Below, piece by piece: positions 22,301-30,257 of a DNA stretch of 64,000 nucleotides. Made by a program: the position numbers and the translations under genes. The stretch's first letter is position 1. Each line of letters opens with the position of its first letter. The notes below the pieces were generated by a model, which saw nothing but the letters and a program-made list of their open reading frames with translations, was not told the DNA's origin and made no database searches. Source of the DNA: a virus; the IMG/VR virus record IMGVR_UViG_3300021964_006878, positions 1 to 64,000 of that record; one strand, given 5' to 3'.

Positions 22301-23269
22301 TTTGAAACTTCCATTATAGGTATCAGAACCAACACCAATAACACGGAAGGAATCATCAACATTCAAATTATGTTTGATTCCAGTTGTAACTGATGCAATT
22401 GTTCCAGATGAAGTTAATTCTGAGACATTAAAATCATTTGCACTTAAATCTCCAACAATTTTAAACTCTGGACTGTTAGGTTGGAAGTCCGTAGACGTTG
22501 GGAAGTCGGTGATTTCCCTGTTACCAGTATCAGCACCATATGCATTCATCAACTTGAAGTAATACATCTGAAGGTCACTTAGACCTGTCAGAGATTTTAC
22601 ATTAACACCATCAGCATACTCAAAGCAAGTCAGTTTGTGATGAGAGAAACTTGGATTTGCTTTCTGACTATAATTTTTGTTGAAGAAAACTGCTTGATTT
22701 GCATCAAACATACTGAACTGCCAGAAATAGCAACCACCAGTTACACGGAACAGTGCAGACCTTTCTATCGTTGTGTTTTCTGGGTCAGGGACATATAGCG
22801 GTCTAATCTTGGTCTTTCTTAAGTCAAGACCAACAATAGATGTTCCCTTTGGAACAATGAGACCACCATCAACAGAATTGAATTTGTAAAGAACATTAGA
22901 AGCGTTATCTAAATCAAATATCGAACTATTCGTAAGTTCAATATTGGGAGACGCTACAATAGATTCATTTTGGTCAAAGTATTGTGGAGACCCGCCATTG
23001 TTTTTAACAAAAAATCCTGGTCTATTGTCAATAGTATGAGTTCCAGGATATAATAGAACCGTAGTTCTATCAAATCGGTCATTGCTATCACCAATTTGAT
23101 AAGAAAATCTTGCCGCTTCAATCAGTGCCCTTTGTAGAGTTTTAAACGGTCTAGTTAAAGAGTTACCTTTATTATCAAAACTATCCGTAGCGTCCAGATC
23201 TGATGGATTTACGTAAAGAATATTACCATCGGTATTAATCAGAAAATTTTCTAATCTTGAAAGAGGCAT
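16337..23269 (-). CDS. Very large virion structural/tail protein with C-terminal right-handed beta-helix (pectin-lyase-like) domain (2310 aa)
   Basis: Conserved cyanomyophage N-terminus MPLSRLENFL..GNILYVNPSDLDATDS..GNSLTRPFKTLQRAL; C-terminal LNIPSGTY...DITIDNLTIDGN. Confidence 0.7.
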   Translation of the reverse strand: MPLSRLENFLINTDGNILYVNPSDLDATDSFDNKGNSLTRPFKTLQRALIEAARFSYQIGDSNDRFDRTTVLLYPGTHTIDNRPGFFVKNNGGSPQYFDQNESIVASPNIELTNSSIFDLDNASNVLYKFNSVDGGLIVPKGTSIVGLDLRKTKIRPLYVPDPENTTIERSALFRVTGGCYFWQFSMFDANQAVFFNKNYSQKANPSFSHHKLTCFEYADGVNVKSLTGLSDLQMYYFKLMNAYGADTGNREITDFPTSTDFQPNSPEFKIVGDLSANDFNVSELTSSGTIASVTTGIKHNLNVDDSFRVIGVGSDTYNGSFKVTGITSERKFTYSMLADPTDDVITIGGNEKIVIEADNVTGASPYIFNLSLRSAFGMCGLHADGSKATGFKSMVVAQFTGIGLQKDPKAFLIYNETTGQYDTNDTAPNTVTKPLYINQEAVYNPNYESFHVKASNDSVIQAVSVFAIGFANHFLTEDGADQSITNSNSNFGAKSLISKGFRNQSFDRDNTGYITHIIPPKDSQEQTNNVTWRPLDPSTTIGIGITSRLYILGETDEGNPPSNISEGFRIGARENEVVYLDTNIAGITSTFNSPVLMQVPSGDGPSSKKEFTVTRTLNINDIDISTNVITLNDNHTFFNGESIRIFSDNGVLPDGIEPEGAYFAITGGTLGTDEIKIANSVNNAVNGSAVDIKNTNGGILTVLSRVTDKLPGELGHPIQYDSINSNWYISSSNTVTTNKIYEKFVGFSTQIAASNSSSYVQRIPENRDLSNRIYKLRYVIPKDFSNAKAPTKNFILQESKTVTEETVINDVNSNRNPRIIANISTSGSDVVNVTSEKPHGLFVDDRVRLKNIKSSTNTDGTAEQGYNGYFFVKTVTGTNTFTVQNANGGTFIDNISTRNSNLPSFEKNEYNTTYIIQDVDTLQPYEDGVQDGIYYLTCLLSNISPTVSQFAHQKFKQNFRYLYPTVDRDNTVVDPNQTVSAASNKLIGKVAVNDPLNSITKESVIEYIKDNRIGVGITGAIYDSGTVRYYTERNHGFSKVTKLSLTSEGSNYGPGVSTTLYNVALTGGTGTGDGATANIAVSAAGTITSVSIVDGGSAYGVGNTMSVSGGDAGVVTINNVSREDLLGFQVIGVGTVSNRNSSNYNGVFFAPSFPSSTEVSFAATTSTVTNPGIYTTSSGVLFPVEQRSQISTIVGAAGTTLSGICTVTTAVEHGLAVGNRVKLEGFLQSEEISAYNKEFIVKEVVGLSTFTINAVFTPKVTANVGVIKIGFGAYGEDTSLQNEKISGSLLSISAGLSIKTSSGINTTSTILLVTANDHSETIEQGNFLQIEDEIVRIKSVDSNTQFTVIRGVMGTIAKPHVSGVIAKGIKVIPSEVRRFSSIRASGHTFEYIGYGPGNYSTALPQRIQRTLTSEEELLSIYCEKKGGVTFFSGMNDRGEFFTWDGRIKPVEKYISEVGNDFTGIFDDLYVRNTLRVGGGLNRNLPSEFRGPVNFTNKITSLDTVNGINAIKLQLKGNVQANPFFQVGSDSSPSLVVNQSSGKVGIKTATPQFELDVSGTVRADIYENFKLSDLPNTTSEESTFAKNRVLKVNSTGDGYELVDINTLDAFSLSSYGVSNDGTVYVGTGSTVSNKLQISGISTSKFAVGEKVKLFGVNQSSDSVLSPGIPAVPTFTRVGTAATAKTYRYWVAQYHMRTGKVGVGTQITPDAGVGHATIDNFNDQNHIIITLNRSDTNHGILVYRQESAVGAPANINDAHLVGILGPKELENSTAGITYKDYGTYDQTEWSSNGNKNQFDDDQIHFPSIATTGQRRGWAMDEIVSIGANSITVNNPYDFNNAVGFGTDNNVKVVHDNTYGLTLAVNDILAKGGSYLNIPSGTYLAEKLVLPTSFTIKGSGKNTILKQQYYATDATDGAGNSLAFDNNFVGIGVTNGTDITIDNLTIDGNNSNNIRFESDDDNYMVYFRGVSSSLFKNIELRNSPAHGLLIKESTRVSIENSSFVDGSITDRYAYEPINAQESQVLRINDSLFENYPGPVDVSVTSVVSTGGNIIRNCGTGLRTYATGKITTSNNIILGPSDEFIPSPDIYDSDFNSINITIDRAADFVGPVLQYIEDGDAKDISSSKVTIVSAGIGTIVGQGTTNETLGTRFVDFDITTQDTGEFGRESGYINLSMPLSKTSQIGLTSALGYNIIAQEYLDLPSGISTYIGISTGAWNTIGAGATEYTVTLTKPENLDIISLGDVVKLVSHSSTPNLSSKVLTVADKITVDIVTKQVKLTGFTTTSQINGDESGYIVIRKQFVIAKGRVGVI

Positions 23270-23323
23270 TTTATCAGCGCACTAATTTTTCTTCTGCTTT
23301 ATTTATCACAGACAGAACTGTCT

Positions 23324-23590
23324 CTAATCTACAGGTAGTAATTCAGGGTTCTCTAATTCTAAATCAAAAATAAGTGGATGGCATTCTTCCATTACCAAGT
23401 AGTTTGACCACCCATACAAGTCATCTAAATCGTATTGAGTATTTCCATTTGCCCACTCTATAATCTCTGAGTCCAAATAAAAACTATCGTCTACATCATC
23501 AAATGTATATGGAATACCATTTATAAAATACATCAAAACTAATTGCGTTTTCTTAAACCAGCAATACTTGATGTCCAGATGATACTTCAT
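23324..23590 (-). CDS. Conserved cyanophage hypothetical protein (88 aa)
   Basis: ORF preceded by CTAAATA late-type promoter and AGGA. Confidence 0.7.
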   Translation of the reverse strand: MKYHLDIKYCWFKKTQLVLMYFINGIPYTFDDVDDSFYLDSEIIEWANGNTQYDLDDLYGWSNYLVMEECHPLIFDLELENPELLPVD

Positions 23591-23621
23591 TCACGTATCC
23601 TATTCTGGGAATATTTAGTGG

Positions 23622-23665
23622 GGTGGGGGCGCTGCTTCTACTTGCAGATCTTTTGTACTCCCTCG
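23622..23665 (-). ncRNA. Candidate small structured RNA immediately 3' of the tRNA (abiF-motif-like)
   Basis: GAGGGAGUACAAAAGAUCUGCAAGUAGAAGCAGCGCCCCC: inner CUGC/GCAG hairpin and GGG/CCC closing stem; GC-rich ends in an AT-rich context. Confidence 0.4.
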
Positions 23666-23667
23666 AA

Positions 23668-23741
23668 TACGAGTGGTGGGAGTCGAACCCACACTGTCGA
23701 AATTTTAAGTTTCGTTTCTCTGCCTGTTGGAATACACTCGC
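23668..23741 (-). tRNA. trnL: tRNA-Leu(UAA), short variable loop, no encoded CCA
   Basis: Acceptor GCGAGUG/CACUCGU; anticodon arm CGAAA-CUUAAAA-UUUCG; T-arm GUGGG-UUCGACU-CCCAC; discriminator A. Confidence 0.92.
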
Positions 23742-23746
23742 ATAAA

Positions 23747-23826
23747 AATTCAAAAAAGGTCTGGGATGAATTTTTACCCAGAATTTTTTTTCGACCTTTT
23801 TTGTAATCAAAAGTCAATTTTGGATT
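23747..23826. repeat. Dispersed ~80-bp A-tract/palindromic element, copy B
   Basis: Aligns with 4851-4930; lies directly 5' of the tRNA. Confidence 0.8.
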
Positions 23827-23828
23827 GA

Positions 23829-24122
23829 CTATAATGTTCTCTCTAATCTTTCAGTTGCTTGGTCTGGAAAGTCTCTTGGTCTACTATCTAGAGCATTATC
23901 AGTTTTAGGTGAACCTTCATTTGCTTTCATAGTATGCTGAAAATTGATTCTCTTATATCTGATACTAAATGGATCAGGCATCCAATATGTTACTTGCCAA
24001 TTAATATCAGGACACATTTCAAGATGTTTCTCTACTGAGTGATTGAAGATACCCATTTGAACATGTCCATCATGAGTAATACATCTACTATTACCAATAT
24101 CAACTAGAAATAATTGTTTCAT
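23829..24122 (-). CDS. Conserved cyanophage hypothetical protein (97 aa)
   Basis: MKQLFLVDIGNSRC...; ATGA overlap with the upstream ORF. Confidence 0.7.
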   Translation of the reverse strand: MKQLFLVDIGNSRCITHDGHVQMGIFNHSVEKHLEMCPDINWQVTYWMPDPFSIRYKRINFQHTMKANEGSPKTDNALDSRPRDFPDQATERLERTL

Positions 24123-24274
24123 TCCCCCTTCCAAGTTGGTGGATGAAAAACACAATACTCATTGAATGTGATTTTCATTTCTTTTTCTGTTAGGTTGCAA
24201 TTTTTTGCTGCTTTGGGTAAATTCCACTTCGCCGCGAACAACATTTCCATAGATTGACGGGTTTCTGGTCTCAT
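24119..24274 (-). CDS. Small conserved hypothetical protein, HTH-like (51 aa)
   Basis: Manual translation MRPETRQSMEMLFAAKWNLPKAAKNCNLTEKEMKITFNEYCVFHPPTWKGE; stop overlaps the next ATG. Confidence 0.7.
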   Translation of the reverse strand: MRPETRQSMEMLFAAKWNLPKAAKNCNLTEKEMKITFNEYCVFHPPTWKGE

Positions 24275-24323
24275 AGTCGTAACACTTTAAGATTTCTTGA
24301 TAGAGGGAATGTGAATACTGCAT
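24159..24323 (-). CDS. Possible overlapping small ORF (54 aa)
   Basis: MQYSHSLYQEILKCYDYETRNPSIYGNVV...; start coupled by TGATG to the upstream stop. Confidence 0.4.
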   Translation of the reverse strand: MQYSHSLYQEILKCYDYETRNPSIYGNVVRGEVEFTQSSKKLQPNRKRNENHIQ

Positions 24324-24493
24324 CAGTCAGTAAGAGATACTTCTCCACGTAACTCCATAAGTTTAATCTCTGCAAGAGTCCCAACACATTCCCAGTATGT
24401 TTCTCCACTGATACGAGTATCATCGCAGTAATGTTCTGCAATGTCTTCCTGTAGATGCTTGAGATTAACAAGGTCGTCTCGGTCGATTTGCAT
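24323..24493 (-). CDS. Small early hypothetical protein (56 aa)
   Basis: MQIDRDDLVNLKHLQEDIAEHYCDD...; directly below a sigma70 promoter. Confidence 0.7.
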   Translation of the reverse strand: MQIDRDDLVNLKHLQEDIAEHYCDDTRISGETYWECVGTLAEIKLMELRGEVSLTD

Positions 24494-24517
24494 TTGAGAT
24501 TCGTTGGTTACCTGATT

Positions 24518-24546
24518 ATTATAGCAGGTCTGGAGTGGGTCGTCAA
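24518..24546 (-). promoter_or_regulatory. Sigma70-type early promoter
   Basis: TTGACG-N17-TATAAT. Confidence 0.75.
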
Positions 24547-24548
24547 CC

Positions 24549-26111
24549 CTATGGTTCAAACTCACTAAGGTCAGACCCATCCAGTGTGCTAATCTGATTA
24601 TTGATTCTATTCATCTCTGAAGTCTCAAATGCAGATCCAGTTAACAAACTATATGCTTCTAGTTCGTCTTCATCTCTTATCTCTCTCAATACGGAAGAAA
24701 GGTCATTGAGACGATTTATTTCATCAATATTAGAATTGATTGTATTTGTAAGCGTAGTCTCACTAGCAGCGATAGTGTTATCGATAACAAGACAAGAACC
24801 AACACCATCAACCACACCAGTTGGAGAAATACTAGTAACAGTGGCTGTTGATTGAGGACCAGCAAGTGTGCTACTAGTTGAAACTAAAACTTGCCCCTCA
24901 AAAGCATAAGTAGCAACACCAAAAGCAACACCAGCAGCAGGACCAGAAACAGTTGGCCAACTTGTATTTCCTACGTAATATACAGCAGCACCAGCACCAA
25001 CGGCAGGTTCAGGGTCATCTGATTGTTCTTTCCATTGTACTGGACCTGGAGGTGCTCCATTATTAATAATTTCTGTCTTGTGTCCTATGCCCAATTGTGT
25101 TCCTAAAATACCAATAGTAACAGGGTCTATGGGACTCTTCAAATAATCAAAGTCAGAATCAATATCTTTTGTAGATCTAATAACAGTAAAACTCTGCCCA
25201 AAAGCATCTCCATTTCCAGTCTGATCTAATATTAATGTAGGTTTAACGCCAGATGTACCAAGATAAAGAGTACCATTTACAGTAGATGCTACAGCAACAT
25301 TACTTAGAATAAGAGATGGACAAGTAACTGTTATATTAGTATTGGTCTGACTAGTGGCATCATAAAAAGGCACAACAGCATTTGCAGTTCCAAATCCAAT
25401 GACAGTTGTTCCCTCAGGAAGGATACCAGTAAATGAAACTGCACTTCCTACTTCAGCAGCAAGAGTAGTTCCAATGCCGACATTAACAAAATGGTCTGAA
25501 CCCACACCAATACTACCCCCAAGTGATGTGGTGAAACCAATAACATTTGCTGTTCCAAATCCAATTACTTTTGGAATAAAACCTTGACTGAATACTGATG
25601 GAGAATCAAGGTTATCTGTGACAAGATCACCTAATTCAATACCATCAATTCCTTCATCACTAGTTACAGCAATTGTAATTCCTCCGCCAACAATATTACC
25701 TGTCAGTTCAGAGATTATATTTGAACCAAAGTCTCTATTTAAAGGTTTTCTATAATACTTCTGACCATAGTAGTTTTTTTGTTCCTTAAGAGCATCATTT
25801 TTGACGCAAGTATATATCGTATATGTTGAATCATCTGCTTGATTTATTCCAGTCTCAGTAATTTCCCACTTCAAATCACTTCTACATCCACTGGAAATTC
25901 TTGATAGGTATGCTGCTTGTGCTTCAGTAGACCTAGTATTAATTTCATCAATAAGACTTGGAATTTTTCTATCAATGTTGATAATCAATTCATCAATCTT
26001 ATCAATCTTAGCATCTTTCAATGCAAGTTGTCCAAGAATACTCTCTCTAGAGTCTTTCTTGTACTTTATTGTCTGTTTTAGTTCTTTGATTATATTATCT
26101 TTGGTTGACAT
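24549..26111 (-). CDS. Virion structural protein (520 aa) with coiled-coil termini
   Basis: Long ORF at the end of the gp5 operon. Confidence 0.6.
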   Translation of the reverse strand: MSTKDNIIKELKQTIKYKKDSRESILGQLALKDAKIDKIDELIINIDRKIPSLIDEINTRSTEAQAAYLSRISSGCRSDLKWEITETGINQADDSTYTIYTCVKNDALKEQKNYYGQKYYRKPLNRDFGSNIISELTGNIVGGGITIAVTSDEGIDGIELGDLVTDNLDSPSVFSQGFIPKVIGFGTANVIGFTTSLGGSIGVGSDHFVNVGIGTTLAAEVGSAVSFTGILPEGTTVIGFGTANAVVPFYDATSQTNTNITVTCPSLILSNVAVASTVNGTLYLGTSGVKPTLILDQTGNGDAFGQSFTVIRSTKDIDSDFDYLKSPIDPVTIGILGTQLGIGHKTEIINNGAPPGPVQWKEQSDDPEPAVGAGAAVYYVGNTSWPTVSGPAAGVAFGVATYAFEGQVLVSTSSTLAGPQSTATVTSISPTGVVDGVGSCLVIDNTIAASETTLTNTINSNIDEINRLNDLSSVLREIRDEDELEAYSLLTGSAFETSEMNRINNQISTLDGSDLSEFEP

Positions 26112-26114
26112 ATT

Positions 26115-27017
26115 TTATTTCCAGTTAGGTTTTCTTCTATCGTAATCCCATCCACCAACTAAGAATTGCTCTGGGTTTCCTGGGTAATCATCAGGAGATT
26201 CACCATCATAAACGACATGAAGTTTTTCATCATGGTTTCTAGGATCAATCCATCGTGCTACCCATACGTGGTAGAAACATTCAAATGGTTTATCGTCTGC
26301 TTCCTTTACAACTATCTTTTCTTTATCCATTTCAATTATATTTAAATGATAATGTCTTTCACCAATAGGTTGTAGTTGAACAGTGATACTATCATAGTCA
26401 ACCAGACCATCCCAATAATCAGGTAATTGTATCACATTACTATCTTTAAGTCTACCTCTGATATAAATTCCTGCTTCAGGTCCCTCTGCACATAAGTGAC
26501 GTATTCTTTTTCCTTCATCTTTCCAATGAGGAAGATCAAAAGCACTTAATGGTTTGTTTCCAGTAGCCTTTCCAATAAGTTTTGGAGCAACAACAATTGG
26601 TGCTACAATACCGGCATTTGCAAACAATTTACCATTGAAATTACTTACAGCATTCGCAACATTCAGACCATTTTTAATGTCAATAGAGTTCTTAATAGAG
26701 AAACCATTTTTTATAGTTCCCCCAAACATCGTATTTAACCCAAACAGATTAGTAGTTCCAAAATTATTCAAGACCCCAAAATACTGAGACACACCACTAA
26801 CTTCTAATGAGAATGGTAATGTTGTTCCCGGAATAGTAAGAGGAGGACCGATGCTTACACCTGCTCTTACTACTCCTGTCTGAAGTGATGCACCAAATAT
26901 ACTAATGCCAGGATTTGTAAGAACTCCTGACGCAGTATATTGTGACACACTAAGTTTTGATAAATCTGGTGTTCCTATACTGACTTTACCAAATGAACCT
27001 TTTGCTGCCTTATACAT
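26115..27017 (-). CDS. Baseplate spike/fibre protein with beta-helix repeats and a chaperone-like C-terminus (300 aa)
   Basis: Hexad repeats KNGFSI/KNSIDI/KNGLNV; C-terminal FDLPH..RIRH.CAEGPEAGIYIRG. Confidence 0.6.
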   Translation of the reverse strand: MYKAAKGSFGKVSIGTPDLSKLSVSQYTASGVLTNPGISIFGASLQTGVVRAGVSIGPPLTIPGTTLPFSLEVSGVSQYFGVLNNFGTTNLFGLNTMFGGTIKNGFSIKNSIDIKNGLNVANAVSNFNGKLFANAGIVAPIVVAPKLIGKATGNKPLSAFDLPHWKDEGKRIRHLCAEGPEAGIYIRGRLKDSNVIQLPDYWDGLVDYDSITVQLQPIGERHYHLNIIEMDKEKIVVKEADDKPFECFYHVWVARWIDPRNHDEKLHVVYDGESPDDYPGNPEQFLVGGWDYDRRKPNWK

Positions 27018-27022
27018 ATATC

Positions 27023-27631
27023 CTATCCACCGAATGTCCTACCCAATTTCTTTGCCTTGTCTAAGACATTGAAAATTGTAGTGATTAAAGATGGACTGAG
27101 AACCGGATCTTGTCCACTTCCGGCAACAATAGACCCAGTTTCAGAATATAATGTTAAACTACCAGCAGTTAATAGCATATCTGAATAAGCAGTTATATTA
27201 GATTTAGTTGCAAAAACATTGAACTCTGGTGACTCTGTGGTAATAGTTTTGTTAGATTTAATAGACACATCACCATCAGCATCTGTTGCTTCAATCTTTA
27301 CATTAGCACCCTGTAAAATCAAATCACCATTTCGTGCTGTGATTTTAATATTTCCTTTCGCAGCATCAAGAACTATTGTCATACTCGTTTCATCTTCTGA
27401 TAGTTCTCCTGAATATATTTCAAGAGAATCATTACTAAGGATTTTACAATTCCCCTTCTTATAGAAATGAATTCCTTGATCGGTATCAGTGCTCATAGAA
27501 AATTCTGCTTTTCCATGTTCTTGAGAATTATATTCAGATTCAATATTAAATCCAGGACGACGCATTGCAAAATACTCTTCTGCATATCTTCCTATTTCTT
27601 CTTTTAATATTTGTACTTCTTTTTCTGTCAT
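27023..27631 (-). CDS. Baseplate hub protein, gp5 C-terminal-like
   Basis: Beta-strand repeats (GNIKITARNGDLILQGANVKIEA); coupled to the gp5 gene. Confidence 0.55.
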   Translation of the reverse strand: MTEKEVQILKEEIGRYAEEYFAMRRPGFNIESEYNSQEHGKAEFSMSTDTDQGIHFYKKGNCKILSNDSLEIYSGELSEDETSMTIVLDAAKGNIKITARNGDLILQGANVKIEATDADGDVSIKSNKTITTESPEFNVFATKSNITAYSDMLLTAGSLTLYSETGSIVAGSGQDPVLSPSLITTIFNVLDKAKKLGRTFGG

Positions 27632-30030
27632 ATACAATCAATAACGCTAGTGATTCCAACAAGACCAGACCTATTGGGAGTTGTGTCTGTATTTCCCAAC
27701 TGCTTGTAGGACAAGATTGGTATTAAGTCAGCACCCCTTCCTGTTCTAGTATTTATTGTAATTGAGGGAATGAAATTATACTCACTATCAATGTTGGGTA
27801 TATTAACATCAATAATTGAACCATTACCCGGAGTAAGAATAGGTGTAACAATATATCCTGGTAAATTTACCTCTCCAGATTCACCTGGTGTTCCTGGTAC
27901 AGTGTCATCAATAATTCTCGGTAAAGGAATTAATATACTATCACCACTGGTGTATCCAATACCTGGTGAGACAATGTAAATCCCAGTAATAATTCCAACA
28001 GGGTTAGATGAAATTGGTCCATCATTACTCACATAATTATTACCACAGTTTAGGACAACAATATCACTAATCTTACCATCATCAACGATAACTTTAAGTC
28101 TTGCACCAGAACCATAGTTACTATTATCAATCACAGATGCTGCAGTATCAGAATCATATCCAGAACCTGGATTCGTAACCTGAACTGCAATGATGCAATT
28201 AGAACCACCTACAATAGGCACTGCAGTAGCGCCAGACCCTCCACCTGATATTTGAATTTCTGGTGGTATACCTTTTTCAAACTTGTATCCCATAGGCATA
28301 GGAATCAAATCTCTTTGGCGTGTTGGATTATTAATTTTTTCAGTACAAGCATCAAATATAGTATTAGTTCCAAACAATGATGTAGTAGAAATTGCACTTT
28401 CAATAGAACCTAGTCCTTTATCAAGTGCTCCAGATGCATTACCTCCAGTAAGACTATCAGTTACTTTTAATATACTTCCCAATTTCATTCCACTGTAGTC
28501 AGTGTCTTGGAATTGATCAGAACCAAAGAAATTACCAATATCAGATTCTGCTTCGCTACGAATTCTTGAAAGGTCAGAGGATACTCCCTTGAGAATATTG
28601 ATATTACTAACTTGTTTTTCCCAATCGTCTGCTGCTGTAGAAATAGAACCACTTAATGTAGATACCCATTTAGATGGAGTAGTACATTTTCTACCATCAC
28701 AACCAATGAAACTCAGGATTTGAGACGCAAGGTTAGATGCCTTTCCAATAAAATCTGAGATTACTCCAATACCACCAGTCAACCAATCAAGTCCATCTAA
28801 AACTGGTCCCAATAAATCTTCAAGTGATTCAAATAATTTAGCAAAGATACCTGAAACAAATTGCTCTGCCGCACAAAAAGGACCATTAACAATATTTTCA
28901 ATTAGAGTTCTAAACATATTTCCCAAGAACCCAGTCAAATCTTCTATAACTTTTTCAAATATACAGAAGATAGTATCAAGAATTCCCTGAAGTGCTTTTC
29001 TTGATACTTCATCAGAAATAAAGTCTAATGGATTAACAAGATTTAGTTTACCTAAGAACTGAGAGAAGATAAGATTTAACTTTCCAATAATTCCATTTCT
29101 GATATTATTAATTATTCCTTTTACAATTCCCTTTACCTGCCTTACAATTCTCTTTATTTCTGCATCCATATCAATGATTGCATTCGTAATCGGATCAACA
29201 AACTTGTTTATAGAATTTTCTAAACTATTTGTGAATGCGATAAAGTCAGTAAGTATCTGAGTTATTCTTCCGATTGCATCATTACCACAGTTACTTGGAT
29301 TTACTTGTACCTTAGTTGCTCTTTTTTCTATATTTTTTGCAGCATTACTACCAGTTCCACCTGATTGAATAACACCCTGTTCAACTGTTGATATTAGTCT
29401 TTTAGAAACAATGTCTGCTTGTATCTGATCAAATGTAAGATCAGCATCTGCTGCAGCAGCAGATGCTGCTCCAATAGCAACTGCATCGGGGACAAAAGGA
29501 ATTACATCTAATTGTATGCTACCCTTTATTGCAGGAGATTTTGGTGTTTGTATAGGATTTGTATTACGAGATTTCCCTTTAGTTGACCTTTCATTATTAC
29601 CCCCAGTGAAATTTTTAAAAGATGAAGTGCCACTTGATAATAGTTCTTCTTTAGGAAGAGAATTTGGTATTGAATTGTGTCTGTTTAAGAGACCAATGAT
29701 AACTGGTTGTTGTGCTTCTTCCCCATCGAGAAAAAACCCCATGCATGTTTCTCCACCAACCAAACACAAAGAGTCTCCCATACCACCCTGACCACCGCCA
29801 GTGACAGCATCCATCATTACTTCTGCCCAAGGCAAATCCTTCTCTGGTAATTCATTAGTGAATGGGTGATACCCAATTATTCTCACCTTACATCGTTGCC
29901 CCAAACTATCCGATTGAGACATAACGACATTTTCTTTTTTCCATACAGAAGAATCGGCAACTCTACCAATCCACCATACAAAACCATCTCTACCGAGAAA
30001 ATTAGATTTTAGTAATGACTCGTCTATCAT
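27628..30030 (-). CDS. gp5: Baseplate hub subunit gp5 (N-terminal OB-fold)
   Basis: GFVWWIGRV...RCKVRIIGYH...LPWA...GFFLDGEEAQQPVIIG. Confidence 0.85.
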   Translation of the reverse strand: MIDESLLKSNFLGRDGFVWWIGRVADSSVWKKENVVMSQSDSLGQRCKVRIIGYHPFTNELPEKDLPWAEVMMDAVTGGGQGGMGDSLCLVGGETCMGFFLDGEEAQQPVIIGLLNRHNSIPNSLPKEELLSSGTSSFKNFTGGNNERSTKGKSRNTNPIQTPKSPAIKGSIQLDVIPFVPDAVAIGAASAAAADADLTFDQIQADIVSKRLISTVEQGVIQSGGTGSNAAKNIEKRATKVQVNPSNCGNDAIGRITQILTDFIAFTNSLENSINKFVDPITNAIIDMDAEIKRIVRQVKGIVKGIINNIRNGIIGKLNLIFSQFLGKLNLVNPLDFISDEVSRKALQGILDTIFCIFEKVIEDLTGFLGNMFRTLIENIVNGPFCAAEQFVSGIFAKLFESLEDLLGPVLDGLDWLTGGIGVISDFIGKASNLASQILSFIGCDGRKCTTPSKWVSTLSGSISTAADDWEKQVSNINILKGVSSDLSRIRSEAESDIGNFFGSDQFQDTDYSGMKLGSILKVTDSLTGGNASGALDKGLGSIESAISTTSLFGTNTIFDACTEKINNPTRQRDLIPMPMGYKFEKGIPPEIQISGGGSGATAVPIVGGSNCIIAVQVTNPGSGYDSDTAASVIDNSNYGSGARLKVIVDDGKISDIVVLNCGNNYVSNDGPISSNPVGIITGIYIVSPGIGYTSGDSILIPLPRIIDDTVPGTPGESGEVNLPGYIVTPILTPGNGSIIDVNIPNIDSEYNFIPSITINTRTGRGADLIPILSYKQLGNTDTTPNRSGLVGITSVIDCI

Positions 30031-30257
30031 TAGTCTTCATACACCAGACATTCTGGTTCTGATGGGTTAGCATCACAGTATAATTCTAGTGGCGTAGGAT
30101 CATGATGATCACCTGCTTCAATCTCTGACTTATGATGTTCTACATACTCTTCCAATTCATGCAGTTCGCTCTCAATGTGACGACGTTGTTGTGGGGATAT
30201 AGTTGAGTTGTCTAGAATTTCTTTATCAACTTTAATATGCTTTTCGATGCTTTCCAT
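30030..30257 (-). CDS. cp12: CP12 Calvin-cycle inhibitor
   Basis: C-terminal PTPLELYCDANPSEPECLVYED. Confidence 0.95.
   Translation of the reverse strand: MESIEKHIKVDKEILDNSTISPQQRRHIESELHELEEYVEHHKSEIEAGDHHDPTPLELYCDANPSEPECLVYED

Noticed and set aside
23618-23667. Theta/HDV-like ribozyme after the tRNA
   Set aside because: The position fits, but I could not build the nested double pseudoknot or find the L3 and J4/2 motifs
23553-23810. 85-aa and 87-aa ORFs across the tRNA
   Set aside because: They overlap the tRNA and the repeat element and show no coding signal
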